From: Bugula neritina
Taxonomy: Eukaryota; Animalia; Bryozoa
Assembly (NCBI GenBank): GCA_964035545.1
Contig: OZ037771.1
Coordinates: 15,285,289 to 15,349,288, forward strand
Reading direction: 5' to 3'
DNA length: 64,000 nucleotides
Below the pieces are notes generated by a model, which was given only the letters and a program-made list of their open reading frames with translations, was not told the origin of the DNA and made no database searches. The position numbers and the translations under genes were made by a program. Shown in pieces: positions 1-11,700 of this stretch (its first letter is position 1; each line of letters starts with the position of its first letter).

Positions 1-1264
1 CGGCGTGGTGGTGGCAGCAGAGAGGTTGGAGGTGAGTCCTTCCCCGAACTGGCTCTGTCCACTCTACAAGTACACGAAGTAGTAGCTGGCTAGCTGCTGA
101 CATACACACAGTCTACTGTCTCATAGTACACCCCGGGAGATTAGCTAGGGTGTCACGTGACCCCCAGTATGATACAATGTCATCACAACACCAACAGAAA
201 TAGAAAGGTAAACCGTCATGTTTAGTTAACAACTAGGAGTTTGACTTTGAAGCTTAGAATTGTGAAATAATACAAGTTTTATGGACACAAGTCTAGCATA
301 TTAGAGCGAGTTTAGCATTATGGGAAGGTAAAAAAAATTCAGAGTTAGGTTTGCATATCCCAGAGTAGTATAACTAAACGGTGAAGAACAAACGGATAAT
401 CATCATCATTGTCTGTGCTAGAAAATTAGATTTAGAAGAAATTTGAAAGAAAATAAAAACAATCAGCAGAAAAGAATAAAATTTGTTAGAAAAACATTTC
501 TTGTGTAGTGAATACTATACAGAGTAATACTAGCTTTTCGATTTAGTTTCAAAACTTTTTCAATTATACTATTTTCTGTGGCAAAACAGTTGTGTAGAAC
601 ACCAGTTGGTGTGAGGATGAGTGGCAGACAGACAACTGCGTGCAAAGGCCAGTGGAGGGCAGCAGAAGCTGGTTAATGTGGCACCACATCCCCCTGTTAA
701 CTGCACCATTACAGCCACTTGGGTGGGCATGACACAACCACTTGGGTGGGCATGACACAACCACTTGGGTGAGCATGACACAACCACTTGGGTGGACATG
801 ACACAACCACTTGGGTGGGCATGACACAACCACTTGGGTGGGCATGACACAACCACTTGGGTGGGCATGACACAATCACCTGGGTGGGCATGCATGAATC
901 AAGTTACTTCACTTGAGCATCACTTGGAAACTGTTAGACTGTAAGTTGATACAACACTCCTAAGTATGTGATACTCAGCAATGTGTAGGAAGACCCGGTA
1001 TAACAGACGGGAAGGGGGGGGCTCCAGATTGGCATAGGGGGTTGAGGGATACTTATACTATGAGGGTTTAAGCCCCTCTGTGGACAGAGTTCTTTCGATT
1101 GAAATTGTGTATAACTCTATTCTGTGGTGAGCGAGTAAAATTAGTTAGAGGTTTTAGCAAATACTGAATAAAAGAAAACTATTCTATGCTAAAAGATGAT
1201 TGTGGTATTCAAGTGCAGACAACCCTTGAGCACACAGGCTATGAGCACACAGGCTATTTACCAT
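1..1264 (-). CDS. Probable 5' coding end of an unidentified gene running off the window (M|SGQSQFGEGLTSNLSAATTTP...)
   Basis: Minus strand: an 18-nt micro-exon 1279-1262 (tgtttcttctcttgattttag|AGATCTGAGCAAATCATG|gtaaat) ends in ATG. It joins in phase 0 to exon 63-1 (cttcgtgtacttgtag|AGT GGA CAG AGC CAG TTC GGG GAA GGA...), which is open to the window edge. Candidate upstream non-coding exons are ~2120-2012 (ag|AATCAG...GCT|gtaagt) and ~3800-3688 (CAG|gtaaaa). No recognisable protein motif. Confidence 0.4.
715..893. repeat. 23-bp minisatellite (ccacttgggtgggcatgacacaa), ~8 copies
   Basis: Direct tandem copies visible; source of the overlapping ORFs at 564-895. Confidence 0.95.
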
Positions 1265-1734
1265 GATTTGCTCAGATCTCTAAAATCAAGAGAAGAAACA
1301 AAATTACACAATTTCTTGAATTATAAGCTAGACTAACATATGGTTGACACTGTTTAGTTTAGATATAAATTCACAACATACTATATGCAATTCACTACTA
1401 TACAATGTGATTACATATCGGCTGTAAATAAAAATAAAGATAAATGAAATATAATATAAAATGAAGTGTGATTGTCACCAAATTTTATAAATCGATATTG
1501 ACTCTTTTCATCAAATTTCTGAGCAGATTTAAATGTTAGTCTGCAGCAAGTTCAATGTAACTACAATTCTATTTATAACAGCCTGTGCCCTGTTGGTATA
1601 AGCAATCATTTAGCAACAACCTAATACTGCAACTGTATAATGCAATTATCTACTTAAAATGTGAAGAATGAAACAAAAGCAGTGAATGTTAGGTGCAACA
1701 AGCCCAGGCAAGCACACAGAGAAGTGAAAGACTT

Positions 1735-1831
1735 GATGTAGGTTAGTGCACGTACTCTATATAAGTTGGTGTACATACTCTATGTAGGTTAGTGTACGTA
1801 CTCTATGTAAGTTAGTGTACGTACTCTATGT
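1735..1831. repeat. 23-bp tandem repeat (gttagtgtacgtactctatgtaa/g), ~4 copies
   Basis: Visible tandem copies. Confidence 0.85.
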
Positions 1832-2185
1832 CCAGGTCTCTACCAAAGACAACATGTACTGTATAAGCGTATGAAGTGGATACAGTGGGTACAGTATACT
1901 CTAGTCAATGAAAGGTTAAACTAACATAACTGAAGTCACTTAGTGAACTTGGCACATAAAGAAAGGGATTAACTCTGCCATGCTGGAGCAGGCAGCTGCT
2001 GGTACACTTACAGCTATTCTTTGACCATATGAAGGAATGTAGGCTGTCTTGTAAAGTGTGATTGTCGCTATGGTAACACATACACAACAGCTCAGCAAGG
2101 CCGCATATTGCTTCTGATTCTGTAATTATCAGGTTTAAGAAGGTATTGCAAAACATATGGCGATTTATGTCTAAACCATCTAAAG

Positions 2186-2355
2186 CAGCTACAACTACTG
2201 CTGCTACTACTGTTAAAATAATAACAACAACAACAACTACTACTACTACTACTATTACTACTACTACTGCTGCTACTACCACTACCACCAGTACTACTAT
2301 TACTACTACTAATGCTGCTACTATCACTACCACCAGTACTTATATTACTACTATC
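2186..2355. repeat. (ACT/ACA/GCT)n trinucleotide low-complexity tract
   Basis: actactact/acaacaaca runs; produces spurious poly-T/V/S ORFs. Confidence 0.9.
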
Positions 2356-3689
2356 GCTATTGTCACACTTACATTGATATTTAATGTCAATATCTGTGTA
2401 ACTATCTTGGTCTGTAACTAAAAATTTTAAAACTAGACTAATGCCCTTTAACATGCTCACAGCTGTTACCAGCAGATAGTAACTACTAGTCTTATGTATT
2501 CAGAGTTGAAACAATTATAGTGAAGGCTCTCAAATTTTCATCTATTATAAAGATGGGCTTACAAATATTCCACCCACTTTACAAACGCTAGCTATAAAAA
2601 TGGCATGAGAAAACAATTAAGGCTAGCACAGTTTTAAGAAACAATATAGGACTATATGACTTAGAGTTAGTTTGACAATATGACCTTGACTAAGAGTAAG
2701 ACTAGGAGAATGAATATTACACTCATTCTCAAACTTGACTGACCGAGATTCCGAGAGAACATCAGTTGTATTAGCACAAAAATAATTAAAATTAGTATAA
2801 TTATTTATATAAATTCCAATAATAGTAATAGTAATAGTAGCAACAATGCTTATATTTATATTAATATAATTAATCATTAAATTAGAATACTCATATTCAT
2901 AGTATTAATCATAATCACTTCACGATGTTGGTTTACTACTTCTAGTACTACTACTACTACTAGGAGTAGGTCTTATTCATACTCATACTGATACTCGTAG
3001 TCCGAGACGGAAAGACTTATACTTATAGTGACAGTATCATAGCAAGATTCGGAGTTTGAATAGGTCTACGACTAAGAGTGACGTAAGACTAACTCAAACA
3101 CTAACATCAACAGTAAGTGTAATTCTAACTATAGGTGTAAGACTAAGTCTAAGACTGCAAGTGTAAGAGTTACTGCTAGACCAGCTACTGCTAGAGTATC
3201 AGTAAGACTGAGTGAAAGTAAGACTAAGAGTATGATATCAAACTTTACACAAATTTCCACTTACCATATATACTAACGTCTAACAGTAATGATTATGAGT
3301 AACACTCCGTCTACAACTACTACTAGTACTACAAGTTGAAGTTGAAGTACTATTAGTACTAGTACTACAAACTCAAACTACAACTAGTACTACAAGTTGA
3401 ACTTGAGGTACAACGTCAACTACGAAGTTGAACATGCAATGGTTTTGTATACACATATAACTCAACGTTTTACTTATCGTGTACTTGATAAGCTAATTGA
3501 AAAATCCTTAATCCCCAAAAGAGAGCGATCCAAATATATACATCCACACTTAACACCTCTCAAATCGTGTAATTTATCAAATCTGCTGAGCATGAATCAT
3601 TTTATCAATTAGCTCGAGTAGACGCTTTATTTACCGGAAACAATTATCAGTAAAAGGAACAACTAATTGTCACGTAAATAATTTTACCT

Positions 3690-3900
3690 GTAGCAGTAAG
3701 TTTGTGCTCTCAGCTCGTAGCTGCAAGCCTTGGAGCAGTTTTATAACGAGTTTGGAAGTTGTCCTTTATCTTCTCCGTTGCTTCGAATTTCTAGTATTCT
3801 TGGCATAACTCAAAATGGTTGATCTCGTGGAAATAAGGTTATGCGGTGCACTATCGAGGTGCGTCCAAAAATTGAAATAAAAAGTTCAATTTTCTCAGGC
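3690..3900. promoter_or_regulatory. Putative bidirectional promoter / first-exon region shared by the minus-strand gene and SLC25A15
   Basis: An island of complex, relatively CpG-containing sequence between two low-complexity tracts. It holds a minus-strand donor (ttacctg at 3684-3690) and a plus-strand candidate donor (aaataag|gttatg ~3837) pointing away from each other. Confidence 0.35.
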
Positions 3901-4912
3901 TTAGTGTAATGATAATCAATTATTATATTAATGGTCATGGAATTGAATACCAACCTGAACCTCGTGTTCAGTTTTACTAACGAGTATAACAACTAACAGT
4001 AACAGTGACACTAACACTAACAGTAACAGTAAGTTACTGTTAGTGTTAGGGAGTAAGACTTCGACTAAGAGTAAGAGTAACACTAACAGTAACACTAACT
4101 GTAAGTGTAAGACTAAGTGTAACAGTAACTTCGAGTCTAAGTGTAACTGTGTAACAACTAACAATTACAAGTTGAAGTAATCACTAATTAATAACTTGAT
4201 CATTTATAATATTAATAATTATCATAGTAATTTATACTTGTACTTATACTCTTATAGCTATACTTACTTGTATCTATAGTCATTAATCATTAGCATAATG
4301 TTATTGTTAATGAATTATTAACATTAATAATAATAATAATATTGAACTCGAATGTTAGTTTTGACTTTGTGGTCCAATCAAACTTTTGTAATTATTTATA
4401 AATATTGTTCATATTCATATTGATATTTAATTTTATGCTGAAAAAATAATCAAAATGAATATACTTGTAGGAGTGTGCGTACAAAGTATTTCATTGCATA
4501 ATTACTAATTACTATTAGTGTTACTATTAGGAAATTGCAGAATTGAATATTAAATAAATTAATAATTGTTTGAGAAATTGTAACTCATTACTCACTGATT
4601 CTAAATATGTAATGATTTGCTTTGTAGATAAACTCAGCACTGGAAGCTATAGGAAGTCTCAGTCTGGTAGACTTTGTGGTGCAGATTCAGATTTAATCCA
4701 CTGATTAGCAGGTAACACTTTGTTTAAATTTTCTTTAGTTTCATCAAAAACCGTGGTTGTGCCCAACAGTTTTTCATTAAGATTTATAATTTGAAAATGA
4801 TGCCTATACGTTTGAGAGTCGTGTTGAGTATGTTTTACCAAGTGTGAGAACTATAGTCAAGGTTTATATGTAAACATGTCTTGATCAACTCCGTGGTTGT
4901 TGCAGTTGGATT

Positions 4913-7496
4913 ATGAGTAGCCAATCCGCAGCAGCTGCTGTTTTCACAGATGCATTCCTAGACTTTGCAGGCGGCACTGTAGGTGGTGCTGCCGGGGTTC
5001 TTGTGGGTCAGCCATTAGACACTGTCAAGGTATACTTACTATACTCTAGTATACTTACTATATTCTAGTATACTTACTATACTCTATTATATTTACTATA
5101 CTCTAATATACTTACTCTCTCTCATATTATTATACTTACTATACTCTATATCAGTATACTTACTCTCTCTTTCAGTAAACTTACTATACTCTATTATATT
5201 TACTATACTCTAGTATACTTACTATACTCTAATATACTTACTCGCTCTCATATTATTATACTTACTATACTCTCTCTCTCAGTATATTTACTATATATCA
5301 GTATACTTACTCTCTCCCTCAGTATACTTACCATTTTGAATACTATCAGGTCAAACTACAGACATATCCAAACCTATACAGAAGCTCCTACAATTGCTTT
5401 GTGCAGACGTTCCGCTCTGACGGGGTGAGAAGAGGGCTGTACAGAGGTACCGTCCCCAACTTAGTGGCCAATGTAGCCGAGAACAGTGTGCTATTCTGTG
5501 CTTATGGAGCCTGTCAGACTGTCGTGGCCAACGCTTCTGGTAATTCATCTGTTTAACTCTACTTCTCCATCTTGATTTTCCACGAGTGTTCATTTCACCC
5601 GAGTCTTTTTTGGCTGGAGTCTTTTTTCACTTGATTCTTTATTTCACTCAAGTTTATTTGACTTGACACTGTATTTCACATGAGTCTATTTCACTCGAGT
5701 CAGGTTGTAAATACTTGAGTAAGGCAGTCATCTCAACACCACATAACTATACACCTTTCCATAACATATACGTTCCTCGGTGTTACATCAGGAAAGAGAG
5801 TGAGTGATTTAGATGCTACCCACAATGCCTCAGCTGGCTTCCTCGCGGCTTTCTTCTCGTCCCTAGCCCTGTGTCCCACGGAGTTGATCAAGTGCCGGAT
5901 GCAGACGCTCTCTGAGAACATGAAGTCTAGCCCTCACGGTCTACACAGGAATATGTGAGTAGTGTAGAGATCATTGTCTCCAATAGAGACTCGCTCAGCT
6001 GTGTCTCCCTCTGGATGAACATGGTCTGGGCGTGGTGACTGTGCGAATTAGTGTTTGTTTATTGATCACGTACAAGAAAGCTGTCTTCCGGAAACAACTT
6101 TTATTGGAAATAAATTTGCCACTAAATTCACAATGTTTCTGTTTAGTTTAAAGTGAGACAGGCCCCGCCCACTTTGAACTTCCTGTATAATCAGACACTT
6201 GAAGAACAATTTTGGTATTTCATAGCCTAATATTTGAGCACTAATTTGTTCTGATGACATGTGGAGTTGTATCCCCTTACAGCACACCCTATCACCTGAC
6301 CAGAAACATCCTGCGAGAAGAGGGCCTCCCCGGTCTCTTCAAGGGGCTCACCAGCACCTGGCTTCGGGAGATGCCCGGATATTTCGTCTTCTTTGGTGCA
6401 TATGAGTATTACAGGAGCTTGCTGTGTAAACCTGGCCAGTGCAAGGATGATATAGGTATGTGTAGGTATATATATAGGTATGTGTAGGTGTATATATATA
6501 TATAGGTATGTGTAGGTGTATATATAGGTATGTGTAGGTATATATATAGGTATGTGTAGGTGTATATATAGGTATGTGTAGGTATATATATAGGTATGTG
6601 TAGGTGTATATATATATATAGGTATGTGTAGGTATATATAGGTATGTGTAGGTATATATATAGGTATGTGTAGGTATATATATAGGTATGTGTAGGTATA
6701 TATATAGGTATGTGTAGGTATATATATAGGTATGTGTAGGTATATATATAGGTATGTGTAGGTGTATATATAGGTATGTGTAGGTATATATATATAGGTA
6801 TGTGTAGGTATATATATAGGTATGTGTAGGTGTATATATAGGTATGTGTAGGTATATATAGGTATGTGTAGGTATATATATAGGTATGTGTAGGTATATA
6901 TATATATAGGTATGTGTAGGTATATATAGGTATGTGTAGGTGTGTATATATAGGTATGTGTAGGTGTATATATTTGCTGTCTCTGTAGGTGTACTGCGCA
7001 CCGCTGCCGCAGGGGGTGCTGGTGGTGTGTTCTTCTGGTTGGCCGTCTATCCCGCTGACGTGATTAAGTCTAGAATACAAGTTCTTTCTCACCACGGCAG
7101 CTCGATGACCTTCACACAGCTGTTCAGACAGGTGCTGACCACGGAAGGTGCGTCACTTTAAGTAGCCTTAGGTTTGGGTCTTATTCTGTTAGAAATCTCT
7201 TCATTGGGATGGGTCACTGCTAGCTTGCTCATAGACCTAGTACTACATTTATCTGTGCCTATTGCGTTGATCTACTTAGTTCTGTGTAGTCTAAGACAAG
7301 AGTTAATATGTTGAAGCAACTTGCTGTCTATATCTTCTGCTGTTACGTTATATTAACTCATCGTATTGTAGGGGTAGCTGCCATGTATTTGGGAATTGTG
7401 CCCACTCTAATCCGAACTGTGCCAGCTACTGGCATCCTATTTGTCACATATGAAGCGACAAAGAAGCTTTTAGGAAGTATGCTTAATACTGTCTAG
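4913..7496 (+). CDS. SLC25A15: Mitochondrial ornithine/basic amino acid carrier (SLC25 family, ORNT1-like), ~308 aa
   Basis: Exons 4913-5029, 5350-5539, 5792-5954, 6283-6455, 6989-7147, 7372-7496 (927 nt, phases consistent, all GT-AG). Three carrier signatures Px[DE]xx[KR]x[KR]: GQPLDTVKVKLQT, LCPTELIKCRMQT, VYPADVIKSRIQ. Motifs ANVAENSVLF, LREMPGYFVFFGAYE and PTLIRTVPATG match the ORNT1 subfamily. A likely 5' UTR exon lies at ~4629-4711. Confidence 0.92.
5030..5333 (+). repeat. Degenerate ~19-bp intronic repeat (gtatacttactatactcta) starting exactly at the splice donor
   Basis: The first copy begins at donor GTATAC (5030) and the array fills most of the intron. Confidence 0.85.
6451..6972 (+). 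repeat. (taggtatgtgtaggt[ag]tatata) compound minisatellite spanning the exon/donor junction
   Basis: The unit reproduces ATAG|GTATGT of the exon 4 donor about 22 times. Confidence 0.92.
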
Positions 7497-7610
7497 ACAC
7501 CTGTCTAGACACCTGTCTGGACAGGTGTCTAGACACATGTCTAGACACATGTCTAGACACCTGCAGATACATCTCTAGACACCTGCAGACACATCTCTAG
7601 TCACATGACT
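7488..7610 (+). repeat. 12-bp repeat (ctgtctagacac) beginning in the SLC25A15 stop-codon context
   Basis: The first copy overlaps GTC TAG; ~9 degenerate copies follow in the 3' UTR. Confidence 0.85.
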
Positions 7611-8564
7611 TATAATACACCTCACATATTGGTTCAAGGTCCAGGGTTTTATAATCTCTACTTCGTGTAATATTGTCATAATATCCTGTCACGATATCCT
7701 GTCATGATATTGTCAGATGATATCTGGTTTTTAAATATTATTTTAACCTTATGGTGAAACTAGTCGTAGATGTATTTATTTGAGTCAAAGTGTATTGCTA
7801 TTGTTTATAGTCCATATACATACAAGTATCTGTACATTACGAATAGTTGCTAATGGTAGGTCAAAGGTTAGTAGGCTAGGCTTTCATATAAATATCATAT
7901 ATTCAGTGTAAGCTATTGTAACTCTTGCAACTTGAACCTATGCATGTGTAGTTTCAGTAGATACTTGTAAGAATATATATTTTGGTACTTTACGCTAAGT
8001 TGAATAATTTTACAATATTGTGATGTAATCACTGATGGATTTTATTTTGGTTTATAATTTAAATCTGTATTTATCGATATAAGATTTTTACTTGTTGACC
8101 AATTTTTTATTTTTTACATGACTTTTTACACTTTGTACATTTATCTGTGCAGGAAGCCAATACATATTTGTTGCATAGAGTCATAAGTCTAGAATATTTA
8201 TGTAAATATTATCATTTATGAAACTTTCTTAGGAAGTTGCCTTCCCATCTCAATATTGTTGTAATAAGTTGAAATGGACTCATTAAACTGCCTATAGCCC
8301 GAGCCCTTTTATAACTGCCGAACTATGATTCCGAGGGATGAAGAATTGAACAACTGTCTAGCATTTCCATAATTCACAAATTGCCATATTTTAAAGCAAG
8401 CTTTAAATTTGTGATTTATGGCTTATAACATGAAGTTTGTACTTTACTTCATAAATGAGGCATTTTGCACATAAATATACCCAAAAATTACTCTATATCA
8501 TTACACAGATATAAATTCTGTTGTCTTTATGGGATTAGAGTTGTTTTCTCGTTCATGAATTTTG

Positions 8565-8749
8565 CAAGTCCGGAGATACTCGTCGGCTCCGCCCATAGAG
8601 ATAGCAAAACACACTATGGCCGCGCCTACTAAAATACAGCGATGGCCACGCCTTCGCAAAATCACGTGCATTTCGACGAAGCCGATTCTAGGGTTCAAAC
8701 TTCAATTCGCAAGACTGCAACTCATGCTCTAATAAATTATAACATAAAA
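8565..8749 (+). promoter_or_regulatory. Putative core promoter / 5' UTR of the epoxide hydrolase
   Basis: Local CpG-rich patch directly upstream of ATG 8750, with a GC box (ctccgccc ~8587) and an E-box CACGTG (~8663). Motif presence only. Confidence 0.4.
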
Positions 8750-11700
8750 ATGAGATTTTACAAAGTAGTAATTTTATCCATACCAGTTCTAGTGTTTGCC
8801 ATAGCAGGTAAATTCTAATATTATTTGTGGCTTGAGTATTTCAGCTATATTAATATTGAATTTGATTTTTATTATCAGTATCATTATGATTATGATGATG
8901 ATGATCATTAATCATTAATGATTATTAATATAAATATTAAATTTAATTATTATAATCATCTACTTTTACTTTAAGTTTAAGTGTAGACTTGGTTTTACTT
9001 CTAGTTTAACCCATTTTGATTTCGGTTTTCACCTCAACTGAGGTAATAAACTAAGGTAACAATATCAATATGAATATTAATAACATTCAACAAATACAAT
9101 GAATTTGATGTTTCTATTCAACATAATGATAAATATCAATATGATAATTGTATTATCTATTCACATTGAATTTGATACAATAGGCATAGCATCTATATTT
9201 GTAGTAAAAGTTCAAGTTGCTGATCTGTGATCATAAAATTTAATTTAATTTTTCCTTTAGTTTAATTTTATAATAATATTTTAAAGTTGAAGGTTGGAGA
9301 ATAAGCAATATCATTATATTAATACTAATAGTATAGTGATATAATAATACAGTAATATAATAATACGGTAATATAATAATACGGTAATATAATAATACAG
9401 TAATATAATAATACAGTATTACAATACAATAATTTGCATAAAAATAGTATAATACAAACAAAATAAGAAAAATTATGATTATGATTATCATACACATACC
9501 GATACTCGTACTGTCACTTAGAACAAAAATATCAAGTGATATTGATAAAACGCTGGTCCCAGTTTGGGTGTTAGAGCTTGGTAGTAAAAGTAGGCTAATT
9601 CTTTTAGTTCTACTTGCAATGACGTAAGCTAGAAGGATCACTATAACATTACTATAAGTATATGATGATTATATTTATAATTAATATCATAATAACAATT
9701 AGCAATTTGTATTACATTGGCCTTAAGGTAATTTACTATTACCTTAGGGAAACTTAGGCCCAGTTAAATTATTTCTAATTTCAATATAGCATGCCTAAGC
9801 GATTCACTAATTGAGTTGGCTTTATTCTGGAAGCTGAATCTGTGAATGTTATTACTAAATATTAACATGAAATTTAGTCGCTTAATTAGACAAATACTAG
9901 TAGTTATTCCAACTAACATCCTCTACTGTGCTATTGACTAAATTATAAATATTAATTTCTTTCTTTCAATTATTGAAACTGTTACTTTGATTTTTGAAAT
10001 GTGTTTTGAATACTGAGAATTCCAAGATAGTAGGTTATCTATGTGTAGTTCTAATAGCATTTATGTTGAAGGCTTTTGTTCTTCACAGTTGTATGTTATT
10101 TGACAGTACACAGACTAACTCGCACACCATTAAAGCAGAGCCCTCCAGACTGGAAGAATTTTGGCCGACTCTCTGATGAAGAAGCAAAGAAAGCAGCTCA
10201 TCGATCTCCGAGGCAGTTCCAGGTTATCAAGTATTTCCGTTGCAACTTGTATTCCAACTTGACTCTCATTATATTTTATTAACAGTTTTTGCTTTCATTA
10301 TCAAAGAAATATATTTTTTGTTTTTTTTTTGTAACTTTTGACTCAGTTAGCATTTTACTAACTTTTGATGGAGTTCACCGTTTAGCGTTCTTGCTTATAT
10401 ATCTAACAATATTTAATTCTTTATTTGAGATGTATATTTTTGTGGTTTGACTTTAGGTGGAGGTTAGTGATGAAGAGATCAAGGACTTTAAAGATCGTTT
10501 AACTCGAGTACGATTCCCTCCAGCCATGGAAGAGGAAGTCAACTTGACATACGGATTTCCGAGTCACGCCCTGTCTGGTCTAAGAGACAGTATGCTGTCT
10601 TTAGACTTGCACAAGTGGGCCGTCAAGGTATACGTTGGTCAGATGTTTTTGCTGATGTCATCAACTCAGTCTACTGTATATGTATATCAATAAATATATG
10701 TTGTAGCAGTTGTCTTTTCTCTCTCTTGCAGCTGAATACATACAAACAGTATAAGGTGAATATATTTGGACTGGATATTCACTACGCGATGGTGCCAGGC
10801 AATGCAGGTGAGTCATTTTTTCTACTGTCTCAGTATTACTTGAATCCGTAGATACCTGTGCTAGTATTACCCGTGTCAGCAGCATTATCTTAGTCAGCTG
10901 TTACCTGTGTCAGCTGTTACCTGTGTCAGCTGTTACCTGTACACCGACCCTGAAGTGTATTCTGATAATCACAGGTCTACCCAGAGTTCCCCTGCTCTTG
11001 GTTCACGGCTGGCCCGGCTCTTTCTACGAGTTCTACTCTGCTATACCTCTGCTGTTGAAGAAAGCTGCGGAGAACGGCTTTACTTATGACATCATAGTTC
11101 CATCGCTGCCAGGCTACGGGTACAGTGAAGCACCGTACCGCTCCGGTAAGCTGGTTGTTTTAGAATATAAGGCTGTATTTTGATACATTTGTTTATAAGT
11201 AATGACAGTGGACCTTTTGAGGTTATACGTTGGAGATGGTCTGAGAAATATTCTAAAAATATTTCTGCATTACTCTATCTGTGAAAGTTTTGTTCCGTAT
11301 ATCCAGTAGTAATTGATTTTTGAAAATTTGAGGTTATACGCCGAAAATATTCCAGAAGTATCCGTATTACACTATCTGTAAAAGTAATATTTTGTGAAAC
11401 ATTTACTATTTATATGCGAGTTTTGAGAGTTAATAGTTACTTTGTACTGGGTATACCAGAGTGTTTCATTGCACTGCAGGCTGTAGTCCTCGATACATGG
11501 CGGCCATGTTGAATGAGTTGATGACATCACACCTGGGATACAAGCAGTACGTCTCACAGGGTGGTGACTGGGGCTCGTTTGTGACTGAGTGGATTGCTGG
11601 ACTCTATCCTCAAAATCTGCTTGGCTTTCATGTGAATATGTGTGGACCACCTGGGCTCACTCACGACCTTAGAGTTCTTCCATACCAGGTAACTGCAAGG

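Noticed and set aside
564-895. Cys/His-rich ORFs (CHAHPSGC repeats)
   Set aside because: Derived from a 23-bp minisatellite open in several frames.
1905-2460. Thr-, Val- or Ser-rich mucin-like ORFs
   Set aside because: Translations of an (ACT)n microsatellite on both strands.
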